Notes: generated from the letters alone by a model not told the origin. Positions 48,719-59,407 are shown, counted from the first letter of the stretch. The stretch is 64,000 nucleotides of DNA from Spirochaetia bacterium (GCA_965203055.1 OZ241863.1:2752001-2816000), one strand, 5' to 3'. Numbers and translations: made by a program.

Positions 48719-50258
48719 CGCGCAGGAAGCTGCCGATCGGCATCCAGACCTTCCGCAAGCTCCGCGAGGACGACTGCTACTACGTCGACAAGACCGCCTT
48801 CATCCTCCGCTTGACGCGCGCCGGCACCCACTACTTCCTGTCGCGCCCGCGCCGCTTCGGCAAGAGCCTGCTGCTCGACACCATCAAGGAACTGTTCGAG
48901 GGCAGCGAGGAACTGTTCCGCGGCCTGTACGTGCACGACCACTGGGAGTGGTCCAAGCGCCGCCCGGTGGTGCGGCTCGACTTCGGCGCCGGCGACTACC
49001 GCGACCCGGCCCTGCTGGAAGCCAGCGTCATGGAGCAGCTCGCCGCCATCGAGCGGCGCGCCGGTATCACCCCCGAGTACCGCACGGCCCCGGGTCGGCT
49101 GGCCTACCTGCTGGAAGTGCTGCACGACCGATCCGGGCAACGGGTGGCGTTCCTGGTCGACGAGTACGACAAGCCGATCCTGGACGTGCTGGAGCACAAG
49201 GAGACGGCGCGCGCCAACCGCGGCTACCTGCGCGGGCTGTACGCGACCATCAAGACCTGCGACGCGCACGTCGAGTTTACGCTGCTGACCGGGGTGAGCA
49301 AGTTCTCCATGGCTAGCGTGTTATCCGGCGGCCTCAACAATCTGATCGACATCACGCTGGATCGGCGCTACTCGGCGATCTGCGGCTATACCGAAGCGGA
49401 TCTCGACACGGTGTTCGCGCCGGAGTTGGCCGGGCTGGACCGCAACCGGATCCGCGATTGGTACAACGGCTATAACTGGCTGGGCGAGGAGCGGGTCTAC
49501 AACCCGTTCGACATTCTGCTGCTGTTCGACGAGCGGACGTTCGCGGCGCACTGGTTCGAGACCGGCACGCCGGCGTTTCTTATCGACACGCTGATCGAAC
49601 GCGGGGTCGCGGCCCCGGCGCTGGACGGGATGCTGGCCGGAGCGGACCTGCTGTCCGCGTTCGACGTGGACGAGATGGAGCCGGCCGCGCTGCTGTTCCA
49701 GACCGGCTACCTGACCATCCGGGACGTCGAAGATGACGACGACGAGCCGCTCTACCGGCTCGGCTATCCCAACCGCGAGGTGCGGCAGAGCCTGAACCGC
49801 CACCTGCTGCGCGCGCTCGGCGCGGCGGATCAGGCCGCAGACCGGGCCGCCTGCGCCGGCTGCTGGCGACGCGCGACTTCGCGGGGTTGGAGGCGCTGTT
49901 CCGGGCGTTCTTCGCCGGCATCCCGTACGAGTGGCACACGCGCAACGACATCGCACGCTACGAGGGCTACTACGCGACCGTGTTCTACGCCTGGTTCGCG
50001 GCGGCGGGACTGGAGCCGGCAGCCGAAGAGTCGAGCAGCCGCGGGCGGGTCGACTTGGCGGTCCGGTACCGGGGCGCCGTCTATCTGTTCGAATTCAAGG
50101 TGGTGGAGCTGGAGCCCGAAGGCGCGGCGCTGGCGCAGTTGCGGGCGCGCGGCTACGCCGACAAGTACCGAGCTTCCGGGGAGCCGATCCACCTGATCGG
50201 GGTGGAGTTCAGCCGCGAGGCGCGCACCATCGCCGCCTTCGAGGTGGCCCGCGCCTGA
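48715..50258 (+). CDS. AAA-ATPase/PD-(D/E)XK protein, copy 2, 1-nt frameshift at ~49844
   Basis: ATG overlaps the ASST stop (ATGA). GACCGGGCCG here versus GACCGCGGCCG in copy 4. Confidence 0.85.
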
Positions 50259-50594
50259 CGCCCCGCCCGAGCACCGTGGTTCGACTTCGAGCCGCCGGCG
50301 CCGGCAGCCGCGAGTCTGCCACGGAGATACCGGATAAGCTGTTTTGTAGGACCTTTGCGTTGACGAGCCGCCTGCGACCCGGGAACGCTGTGGGAAGGCA
50401 CGTGTCTGGCGCCGTGACGCTGCCGGAACAGGAGATCGCCCGTCTCCGCACGGCCAGTTCATCGCGGAGATTGCGGTGCCGGCCCGCACGGAGCCGAACG
50501 GGCGGTCAGCCTCCACCGGGTGACGTGCCGGTGTTCAGGGGAGGTTTACGTGAAGCAATGCCGGCAGCAAAATACAGCAAAGCGATGAAAAGCG

Positions 50595-53252
50595 ATGCCG
50601 AGATGGTTGACACACATGGCAACACAAGGCATCCTGTCGCCGAACCGCCGAACCGCCGAACCGCCGAACCGCCCGCCGAACCGCCGAACCGCCGAACCGC
50701 CGAACCGCCGAACCGCCGAACCGCCGAACCGCCGAACCGCCGAACCGCCGAACCGCCGAACCGCCGAACCGCCGAACCGCCGAACCGCCGAACCGCCGAA
50801 CCGCCGAACCGCCGAACCGCCGAACCGCCGAACCGCCGAACCGCCGAACCGCCGAACCGCCGAACCGCCGAACCGCCGAACCGCCGAACCGCCGAACCGC
50901 CGACGGCGGTTGCCGTGGCGTGACGCGCTCGTCGCGCTGACGGCCTTCGCGGCGCTGGGCGCCGCCCTCCTCGACGACTACGGCGTGGCGTGGGACGAGG
51001 CCGTGCAGCGCAGCACCGGCTTGGCGGTAATCGCCTACGCGCTGGGTGACGGCGCCCTGCCGACAGACGACGACCGATACTACGGAGCCGCGTTCGAAGC
51101 GCCGCTGATCCTGGTCGAGCGGCTGCTCGGCCTCACCGACAGCCGCGCCGTCTACCTCAGCCGCCATCTGCTGACCCACCTGTTCTTCCTCACCGGCGGC
51201 TTCTTCTGCTGGCTGCTCGCCTTCCGCCTGTTCCGCGACCGCCGGCTGGCGCTGTTCGCCCTGCTGCTGTTCCTGCTGCAGCCCCGCCTGTACGCCCACT
51301 CCTTCTTCAACACCAAGGACATCCCCTTCCTGGTCATGTTCATGATCGCGCTCTATCTGACGCAGCGCGCCTTCCGCCGCGACACCGCCGCGGCGTTCGC
51401 GCTCTGCGGGCTGGGCGTGGGCGTGCTGGTCAACCTGCGCGTCATGGGCCTGCTGCTGTGCGCCGCGGTGCCGGCGCTGCGGGCGCTCGACCTGCTGCAG
51501 GCGCACGGGCCGGCGGAGCGGAGGCGCGCGCTGGCGACCGCCGGGGCGTTCCTGCTGGCCGCGGCGGCGGCCCTGTACGCGGTCTCGCCCCATCTCTGGC
51601 GCAACCCGCTTGAGCTGATCGACGCGGTCGTCACGCTTCCGCGCCATCGGGCCTACCTTCCGACGCTGTTTCAGGGCGAGCTGGTGCGCTGGCCTGAGAT
51701 TCCTCCGCACTACCTGCCGACCTGGATGGCGATCACCACGCCGCCGGCGGCGCTGCTGCTGAGCGTGGCCGGGATGGTCACCGTGCTCGCACGCGGCCTG
51801 ACCCGCCCGCGCGAGGTCCTCCGCAACACCCCGGTCACGCGCTTCGGGGCGCTGCTGGCCGCCTGTCCGGCGCTGTCGGTCGCGGCCGTCATCGCGGTAA
51901 ACGCCAACCTCTACGACGGCTGGCGGCACATGTATTTTCTGGCCGCCCCACTGTGCCTGCTGGCGGTCTACGGCCTGCGCCGGCTGCTGGCCGCCGCGCG
52001 CCGGCCGTGGCTGCGGCGCGGCGTCTACGCGCTGGCCGCGGCGGGCGTGGCCGCGGCCGCGGCCGAGATGGCGCTGATCCACCCGCATCAGATGGTGTAC
52101 TTCAACTTCCTGGTCGACCGCCGCACCCCCGAATACCTGCGCACCCGCTACGAGATGGAGTACTGGGGGCCGGCCTACCGCGAGGGGCTGGAGTATCTCC
52201 TCCGCCGCGCTCCGCAGGCCACCATCCACATTGTTGCGGCGAAGAACTGGAGGCGCGCTCTGCACGTTCTCGCCGCAGCCGAGCGCCGTCGAATTGTCAT
52301 CACCGACCGCGTGCACGACCCGCCGGACCATCACTACGTCATCACCAACCACAACACCGTCACCAATCATACTCGCGGCTATGAGCGCCGCAGCTTCCCG
52401 GTCTCGCCCGCGCTATATGCGCGCCGCGTCTACCACAACACCATCCTCACGGTGACCGCCCTCGACCCGGCGCAGCTCGACGCTGCGACCGTTGCGGACT
52501 TCCGGGAAGCGTACCGCGCCGCACGGTCGCGGGAGCCGGTCGCGGCGGAATCGGACTTCGACCTGTATCTCGACGGCACCACGCTGACCTACGTCAAGGA
52601 TGCCTGCCCGGTGGAAGACCTGGAGAGGAAGTTGTTCCTGCACGTCTTCCCGGCGGACGCCGCCGACCTGCCCGCCCACCAGCGGGAGTCGGGATTCGAC
52701 AATCTGGACTTCTACCTCTGGGAGGGCGGCATGCGGCTCGACGGCGCCTGCGTGGCGGTCGTGGCACTGCCCGACTACGAGTTCACCCGCATCCGTACCG
52801 GGCAACTCGCTGCGCGGGGCCGGCCCCAACTGTGGAGCGTGGAGTTCGCGGCCGGACCGACCGCGCAGCGCTATCGGGAGGCGCGCGCCGCTATCCGCTC
52901 CGGCGCCTGGGGAGCGCCGGCCGCCCGCGGAGCCTTCGACCTCTATCTCGACGAAACGGTGCTGGCGTATCACAAGGATCGGTGCGTGGCGGAGGACCTG
53001 CGGGCGCGGTTCTTCCTGCACGTGATTCCGGCGGACGCCGGCGACCTCTCCCCGCAAGACCGGCCGCACGGCTTCGAGAACCGGGACTTCGACTACCGGG
53101 AACACGGGGCGCGGCTCGGCGCGGCGTGCGTGGCGCTGGCGCCGTTGCCGGAGTATGGGATCGCCCGCCTCCGCACCGGCCAGTTCATCAGCGGCCAAGG
53201 CCAGCTCTGGAGCGCGGAGCTTGCGGCGCCGGCCGCGGCGCAGGGGCCATGA
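50595..53252 (+). CDS. GT-C fold glycosyltransferase with two FDLYLDG domains (paralogue of 30504-32888); start lies either before or just after the SSR
   Basis: DDYGVAWDE and PRLYAHSFFNTKDIPF motifs. The frame is open through the repeat from ATG 50595; an alternative TTG lies at ~50910. Confidence 0.78.
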   Translation: MPRWLTHMATQGILSPNRRTAEPPNRPPNRRTAEPPNRRTAEPPNRRTAEPPNRRTAEPPNRRTAEPPNRRTAEPPNRRTAEPPNRRTAEPPNRRTAEPPNRRRRLPWRDALVALTAFAALGAALLDDYGVAWDEAVQRSTGLAVIAYALGDGALPTDDDRYYGAAFEAPLILVERLLGLTDSRAVYLSRHLLTHLFFLTGGFFCWLLAFRLFRDRRLALFALLLFLLQPRLYAHSFFNTKDIPFLVMFMIALYLTQRAFRRDTAAAFALCGLGVGVLVNLRVMGLLLCAAVPALRALDLLQAHGPAERRRALATAGAFLLAAAAALYAVSPHLWRNPLELIDAVVTLPRHRAYLPTLFQGELVRWPEIPPHYLPTWMAITTPPAALLLSVAGMVTVLARGLTRPREVLRNTPVTRFGALLAACPALSVAAVIAVNANLYDGWRHMYFLAAPLCLLAVYGLRRLLAAARRPWLRRGVYALAAAGVAAAAAEMALIHPHQMVYFNFLVDRRTPEYLRTRYEMEYWGPAYREGLEYLLRRAPQATIHIVAAKNWRRALHVLAAAERRRIVITDRVHDPPDHHYVITNHNTVTNHTRGYERRSFPVSPALYARRVYHNTILTVTALDPAQLDAATVADFREAYRAARSREPVAAESDFDLYLDGTTLTYVKDACPVEDLERKLFLHVFPADAADLPAHQRESGFDNLDFYLWEGGMRLDGACVAVVALPDYEFTRIRTGQLAARGRPQLWSVEFAAGPTAQRYREARAAIRSGAWGAPAARGAFDLYLDETVLAYHKDRCVAEDLRARFFLHVIPADAGDLSPQDRPHGFENRDFDYREHGARLGAACVALAPLPEYGIARLRTGQFISGQGQLWSAELAAPAAAQGP
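50643..50902 (+). repeat. Simple sequence repeat, AACCGCCG x ~32 (3 copies, one interrupted copy, then 28)
   Basis: Counted from the sequence; follows TTGACA-N17-CATCCT at 50607-50635. Confidence 0.95.
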
Positions 53253-53337
53253 AAGCCGGGCGGATGAGCGGATGATAGCCGCGCGGCGTTCAGTCTATCA
53301 TGGCCGGGCCGTGACCGCGCCGCACCAAGACGCGCCC

Positions 53338-54885
53338 ATGATGAGGAGGAAGCTGCCGACCGGCATCCAGACCTTCCGCAAGCTCCGCAAGGATGACTGC
53401 TACTACGTCGACAAGACCGCCTTCATCCTCAGCCTGGTACGGGGAGGCACGCACTACTTCCTGTCGCGCCCGCGCCGCTTCGGCAAGAGCCTGCTGGTCG
53501 ACACCATCAAGGAACTGTTCGAGGGCAGCGAGGAGCTGTTCCGCGGCCTGCACGTGCACGACCACTGGGAGTGGTCGAAACGCCGCCCGGTGGTGCGCCT
53601 CGACTTCGGCGGCGGCGACTACGCGGCGCCGGACGGCCTGCAAGAAGACCTGGCCGACCGGTTGACGGCGCTCGAAACGGCCGCCGGCGCGAGTGCGCGC
53701 AACGACTCCGCGCCGATTCGCTTCCGGCGCCTGCTGGAGGAGTTGCACCGGAGCGCCGGCAGGCGGGTAGCGGTGCTGATCGACGAGTACGACAAGCCGA
53801 TCCTGGACGCGCTGGGGACGCCGGCGATCGCGGCCGCCAACCGCCGCCTGCTGCGCAGCCTGTACTCGAACGTGAAGTTCGCCGACGCGCACATCCACTT
53901 CACGCTGCTCACCGGAGTGAGCAAGTTCTCCAAGGTCAGCGTCTTCTCCGGCCTCAACAACCTGATCGACCTCACCCTGGAACCGAAATTCTCGGCGATC
54001 TGCGGCTATACCGAGGCCGACCTCGACACGGTGTTCGCGGCGGAGTTGCCGGGCCTGGACCGGGAGGAGATCCGCGATTGGTACAACGGCTACAACTGGC
54101 GCGGTGACGATCGGGTCTACAACCCGTTCGACATTCTGCTGCTGTTCGACCGCCGGGAATTCGCCGCCCATTGGTTCGAGACCGGTACGCCGTCGTTTCT
54201 GATCGACATCCTGATCAAGCGCGGCGTCGCATCGCCCGAGCTGGACGGCATGTTGGCCGGCGGCGAGCTGCTGTCCGCGTTCGACGTGGAGGAGATGGAG
54301 CCTGAGGCGCTGCTGTTCCAGACCGGCTATCTGACCATCCGCAGCGTCGAGCACTCGGCGCGCGGACCGCGCTACCGGCTCGGCTACCCCAACCGCGAAG
54401 TGCGGCTCGCTCTGAACGAACGCCTGCTGCGGGCGCTGGCGCCCGCAGCAGCGCGCCGGCTGGCGCAGGACACGGCGTTGGAGCGGCTGCTGGCGGCGAA
54501 CGACTTCGCCGGGTTGGAGCGGCTGTTCCGGGCGTTCTTCGCCGGCATCCCGTACGAGTGGCACACGCGCAACGACATCGCGCGCTACGAGGGCTACTAC
54601 GCGAGTGTCTGCTACTCCTGGTTCGCGGCCGTGGGGCTGGACGTCACGGTGGAAGATTCGAGCAGCCGCGGGCGGGTCGATCTGGCGATGCGGTACCGAG
54701 GCAACGTCTATCTGTTCGAGTTCAAGGTGGTGGAGCTGGAGCCCGACGGGGCGGCGCTGGCGCAGTTGCGGGCGCGCGGCTACGCGGAGAAGTACCGCGG
54801 CCTGGGCGAACCGATCCACCTGATCGGCGTGGAGTTCAGCCGCACGACGCGCACCCTCGCCGCCTTTGAGGTGGCCCGCGCCTGA
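53338..54885 (+). CDS. AAA-ATPase/PD-(D/E)XK protein, copy 3 (intact)
   Basis: Same motifs as copy 1, with a distinct central segment (APDGLQEDLADRL...). Confidence 0.9.
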   Translation: MMRRKLPTGIQTFRKLRKDDCYYVDKTAFILSLVRGGTHYFLSRPRRFGKSLLVDTIKELFEGSEELFRGLHVHDHWEWSKRRPVVRLDFGGGDYAAPDGLQEDLADRLTALETAAGASARNDSAPIRFRRLLEELHRSAGRRVAVLIDEYDKPILDALGTPAIAAANRRLLRSLYSNVKFADAHIHFTLLTGVSKFSKVSVFSGLNNLIDLTLEPKFSAICGYTEADLDTVFAAELPGLDREEIRDWYNGYNWRGDDRVYNPFDILLLFDRREFAAHWFETGTPSFLIDILIKRGVASPELDGMLAGGELLSAFDVEEMEPEALLFQTGYLTIRSVEHSARGPRYRLGYPNREVRLALNERLLRALAPAAARRLAQDTALERLLAANDFAGLERLFRAFFAGIPYEWHTRNDIARYEGYYASVCYSWFAAVGLDVTVEDSSSRGRVDLAMRYRGNVYLFEFKVVELEPDGAALAQLRARGYAEKYRGLGEPIHLIGVEFSRTTRTLAAFEVARA

Positions 54886-55100
54886 CGCCCCGCCCCCGCG
54901 CCGACATGCCGATCGCCGGCCTCCGTACCGGCCAGTTCGTCAGCGGGCAGGGCCAGATCTGGAGCGCGGAGATTGCGGCGCCGGCCGCGGCGCAGGGGCC
55001 GTGAGGCCGGCGGATGATAGCGGCGCGCCGTTCGGCTATGATGGCCGGACCGTGACCGCGCCGCACCCAGACGCGCCATGACGCGCAGGAAGCCAGGAAG

Positions 55101-56623
55101 GGGCGCACTTCCAAAACGTAGGTAGCGTCAGGCGGCCTGTGGCTGGGCCTCCTGCGGCACCGAGGCGGACAGCAGGCTCGCGTAGTCCCTTTTGAACCGC
55201 CCGCTCTTCACCGAGGTGCAGAGCTGCAGCATCCCCTGCGCCCCTCCCAACGACCAGATCATCCCGCTCCCCTTCAGCCGCGCCCCCACCATGTTCTTGC
55301 ACGTACTCTCCACCGCCCCACTGCCGATCGGCAGCCCCTCCCGCCGGTACCGCCGGTAGTCCATCCGTCCCTGGTTGCTCTTCAAGTAGTTGATCTCCCC
55401 CTGCACCTCGTGCCGCTGCCGGGCACTCAACCCCCCGCCGTCGCGCAACTCCTCCAGCTCCTCTATCACTTCCCCCGCCCGACTGCCGCGCAGCATCGTC
55501 CGCCACCTCCGAAAGCATTCCTCTGCCTGCTTGCTCCTCTCCCCGTAGACGCTCCGACTCGCCTCCGCGAGATGCTCGCAGGCGTGCCAGAAATCCAGGA
55601 TGTACCACACCCGCAGCCCCCCTGCCGCCCAGGTCTCCGCCCGATCCCAAATCCATCCCGCCCCGTCGGCCAGCACTACCAGTTGCCGCGCCGCCCCCTC
55701 GCCGCAGCGCCGTTTCAGCTCCACTTCGATGCGCGGGAAGAACTGGTCGGCATGCTCGCTCGCCGCCACGTAGCTCGGCTTGCTGCTGCACTGCGCCTCC
55801 TGCTCCTCAGCGTCCCACTCCACCGCCGCCACCACCGCCACCTTGGCGTCCCGGTACTCCCGCTCGTAGCGCTTCTTCCCGGCATCATCTACCCGCTCCT
55901 TGCCGCGCACCGGCACCTTCCCCGCGTCGATGCATACCGCCACCGTCCCGCCAATCGGCTCGTGCAGCTCCGGCCCCGCCGCAGTCTGCTGGTAGTTGTC
56001 CACCTCCTGCTGGCGCTGCCGTTCCAACCCCTCCGTTACCTCCTGCACCATCGTGAACGCCTTCTTCTCCGACACCAGCTCCCCGCCGTCGGCGCGGAAC
56101 ACCTCGTGAAACTGCCGCAGACTCTCTGCGTGCGCCTGGCGCGCTACGAACTGACTCAGAAAGTACTGGCAGCCCGGCGTATGGCCGCGCTTGATGCCGA
56201 GCCGCTCATCCAACGGCGCCCAGCCCTGGCCGCTACCGCTGGCGTAGTAGGCCCGTTCGTAGGGTACCGTCCCGAACAGTCCGTGCAGGGTCTTGGAGCG
56301 GTGGCCGACAAACCGATACGACACCCCGTTGCGCTGGACCGTGGCGCCGCGGTAATCGCGGCCCAGTTCCTTGAACCACTCCACCATGGCGGCGCGGCAC
56401 AGGCGCACCAAGCACTTGAGGAGACTCAGTTCTGCCCGCAACAGGTCGTGGGGACCGCTAGCGCGGCCCAGTTCGAGACCACAGGTGGCCTTGCAGTAGT
56501 TGAGAATCTCGGTTACCAATGAATCACACATATGTTGCCCTCCCAGTGACGGCCTGATGTTACATCACCTGTCGCTGGGAGGGCTTCTCTATTTGGGCCT
56601 ACCTACAAATTGGAAGTGCGCCC
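55101..56623. mobile_element. ISKra4-family (Mutator-like) insertion sequence
   Basis: 25-bp IRs GGGCGCACTTCCAAAACGTAGGTAG and GGGCGCACTTCCAATTTGTAGGTAG (22/25); CAGGAAG repeated on both flanks. Confidence 0.9.
55128..56531 (-). CDS. ISKra4/UPF0236-type DDE transposase
   Basis: CIDAG, LADGAGWIW, LDFWHACEHL and MDY..YR..GLPIGSGAVESTCK motifs. Confidence 0.9.
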   Translation of the reverse strand: MCDSLVTEILNYCKATCGLELGRASGPHDLLRAELSLLKCLVRLCRAAMVEWFKELGRDYRGATVQRNGVSYRFVGHRSKTLHGLFGTVPYERAYYASGSGQGWAPLDERLGIKRGHTPGCQYFLSQFVARQAHAESLRQFHEVFRADGGELVSEKKAFTMVQEVTEGLERQRQQEVDNYQQTAAGPELHEPIGGTVAVCIDAGKVPVRGKERVDDAGKKRYEREYRDAKVAVVAAVEWDAEEQEAQCSSKPSYVAASEHADQFFPRIEVELKRRCGEGAARQLVVLADGAGWIWDRAETWAAGGLRVWYILDFWHACEHLAEASRSVYGERSKQAEECFRRWRTMLRGSRAGEVIEELEELRDGGGLSARQRHEVQGEINYLKSNQGRMDYRRYRREGLPIGSGAVESTCKNMVGARLKGSGMIWSLGGAQGMLQLCTSVKSGRFKRDYASLLSASVPQEAQPQAA

Positions 56624-58729
56624 GGCAGGAAGCTGCCGATCGGCATCCAGACCTTCCGCAGGCTTCGCGAGGACGACTGCTACTACGTCGACAAGACCGC
56701 CTTCATCCTCCGCTTGACGCGCGCCGGCACCCACTACTTCCTGTCGCGCCCGCGCCGCTTCGGCAAGAGCCTGCTGCTCGACACCATCAAGGAACTGTTC
56801 GAGGGCAGCGAGGAACTGTTCCGCGGCCTGTACGTGCACGACCACTGGGAGTGGTCCAAGCGCCGCCCGGTGGTGCGCCTCGACTTCGGCGCCGGCGACT
56901 ACCGCGACCCGGCCCTGCTGGAAGCCAGCGTCATGGAGCAGCTCGCTGCCATCGAGCGGCGCGCCGGTATCACCCCCGAGTACCGCACGGCCCCGGGTCG
57001 GCTGGCCTACCTGCTGGAAGCGCTGCACGCGCAGTCCGGGCAGCGGGCGGCGGTGCTGGTCGACGAGTACGACAAGCCGATCCTGGACGTGCTGGAACAC
57101 AAGGAGACGGCGCGCGCCAACCGCCACTACCTGCGCGGGCTGTACGCGACCATCAAGACCTGCGACGCGTACATCGAGTTCACGCTGCTGACCGGGGTGA
57201 GCAAGTTCTCCAAGGTCAGCGTCTTCTCCGGCCTCAACAATCTCAAGGACATCACCCTGTCGCCGCGCTACTCGGCGATCTGCGGCTACACCGAGGCCGA
57301 CCTGGACACGGTGTTCGCGCCGGAGTTGGCCGGGCTGGACCGCAACCGGATCCGCGATTGGTACAACGGCTATAACTGGCTGGGCGAGGAGCGGGTCTAC
57401 AACCCGTTCGACATTCTGCTGCTGTTCGACGAGCGGACGTTCGCGGCGCACTGGTTCGAGACCGGCACGCCGGCGTTTCTTATCGACACGCTGATCGAAC
57501 GCGGGGTCGCGGCCCCGGCGCTGGACGGGATGCTGGCCGGCGGCGATCTGCTGTCCGCGTTCGACGTGGAAGAGATGGAGCCGGCGGCGCTGCTGTTCCA
57601 GACCGGCTACCTGACGATCCGGGACGTCGAAGATGACGACGGCGAGCCTCTACCGGCTCGGCTATCCCAACCGCGAGGTGCGGCAGAGCCTGAACCGTCA
57701 CCTGCTGCGCGCGCTCGGCGCGGCGGGTCAGGCCGCAGACCGCGGCCGCCTGCGCCGGCTGCTGGCGGCGCGCGACTTCGCGGGGTTGGAGGCGCTGTTC
57801 CGGGCGTTCTTCGCCGGCATCCCGTACGAGTGGCACACGCGCAACGACATCGCGCGCTACGAGGGCTACTACGCGACCGTGTTCTACGCCTGGTTCGCGG
57901 CGGCGGGACTGGAGCCGGCGGCCGAAGAGTCGAGCAGCCGCGGGCGGGTCGATCTGGCGGTGCGGTACCGGGGCAACGTCTATCTGTTCGAGTTCAAGGT
58001 GGTGGAGCTGGAGCCGGAGGGCGCCGCGCTGGCGCAGTTGCGGGCGCGCGGCTACGCCGACAAGTACCGAGCTTCCGGGGAGCCGATCCACCTGATCGGC
58101 GTGGAGTTCAGCCGCGAGGCGCGCACCATCGCCGCCTTCGAGGTGGCCCGCGCCTGACGCCCCGCCCCGGCGCCGGCGTGCCGTTCGACAGGCCCTGCGG
58201 GCGGTCGCGCAGGGCCAGATCCGAAGCGGGGAGCCGGCGGTGCCGGCCGCGGCGCCGCGGCCGGCGAATCCTTCCTCGTCTCCGGTCCCGAGCACCGGCG
58301 TGGTTCGACTTGAGCCGCCACGCCGGCAGCCGCGAGTCTGCCACGGAGATACCGGATAAGCCTATTTTGTAGGACCGTGCGTTGACGAGCCGCCTGCGAC
58401 CGGGGAACGCTGTGGGAAGGCACGTGTCTGGCGGCCGTGACGCGACCGCGGAGATTGCGGTGCCGGCCCGCGCGGAGCCGAACGGGTGTTGGATCCCACA
58501 TTAAGTCGTTGGAAAGGCAAGCTATCTGCTCAGATTGATCCGTTGACGGATCGCCTGGGATAGGGGACGAATGCGGTCAGGATTAGCTGGCCGCAGGGCC
58601 GAGAGTCGGAGGGGCGGTGGGGGCGCCACGCCGGGTGCCTTGAGGTCCGTGGGTCGGGTATCCTTGGCCGAGACCCACCCGTAAAGAGAAAGAGGCCCGC
58701 GCGGGAAGCACCCCGCCGGGCCGTGACCG

Positions 58730-59356
58730 GTGCAACTTCGCTACCAAACGGGCCTCACCGGTGAGCAATACGTTAGCACCGCAGCGTGGCGCGACGCAAG
58801 GCTCGACCGGTGCCCCCTTCATCCCCGCCGCGGCAGCTGCTCGCTGGCGCGCCACGGCACCTACCGGCGCAAGAAGCCGGCCGGCGCGCTGATCGCCCGC
58901 TGGTACTGTCCGCAGAGTCACACCACCTTCAGCCTGCTGCCCGACTGCCTGGCGGCGCGGCTGCCCGGAACGCTCCAGGAGCTGGAAGCGGTGGTCGCGC
59001 ACGCCGAGCAGGCGGCGAGTCTGATGCAGGCCGCCGACCAGGTGCGCGGCGACGGCATCGAACTGCCCGGCGCCATGCGCTGGCTGCGCCGCCGCGTGCG
59101 CCTGGTCCGGCAGGTGCTGCGGGTGGTGATCGGCTTGCTGCCGCAGCATCTCGCCGGCTGCCGCCCCGAACTGACCGCCTGCCGCCCGCGGCTCGCCAGC
59201 AACGCGGCGCTGGTAGCGCTGCGCTCGCTGGCCGCCCCGTGGCTGCCGGCGCTGCCGGCGCCGCTCGGATTCCGCCCCCAGCGCAGCGCTGCCGACCATC
59301 CCAATTGCGCCGCCCAACACCATCCGGGGCCTGTTCCTCGGGCTCCGCCGCCGTAG
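58730..59356 (+). CDS. Transposon accessory protein with Zn-ribbon-like N-terminus (DUF6431-like)
   Basis: CPLH...C..RHGTY.R...RWYCPQSHTTFSLLPD; first gene of the element. Confidence 0.65.
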   Translation: MQLRYQTGLTGEQYVSTAAWRDARLDRCPLHPRRGSCSLARHGTYRRKKPAGALIARWYCPQSHTTFSLLPDCLAARLPGTLQELEAVVAHAEQAASLMQAADQVRGDGIELPGAMRWLRRRVRLVRQVLRVVIGLLPQHLAGCRPELTACRPRLASNAALVALRSLAAPWLPALPAPLGFRPQRSAADHPNCAAQHHPGPVPRAPPP

Positions 59357-59407
59357 CTTGTGCCCCATCACCGGGTCACCTGACCCGTACCTCAAGGAGA
59401 CCGACCC

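Larger units (their letters stand above)
55078..58157 (+). pseudogene. AAA-ATPase/PD-(D/E)XK protein, copy 4, interrupted after codon 5 by an IS; 2-nt frameshift at ~57647
   Basis: ATG ACG CGC AGG AAG at 55078 resumes as AGG AAG CTG CCG ATC GGC at ~56627. Confidence 0.88.

Noticed and set aside
41543..50902. Repeat tracts as CRISPR arrays, or the paralogue variation as a diversity-generating retroelement
   Set aside because: No spacers and no cas genes. No reverse transcriptase, and differences are block-wise rather than adenine-specific.
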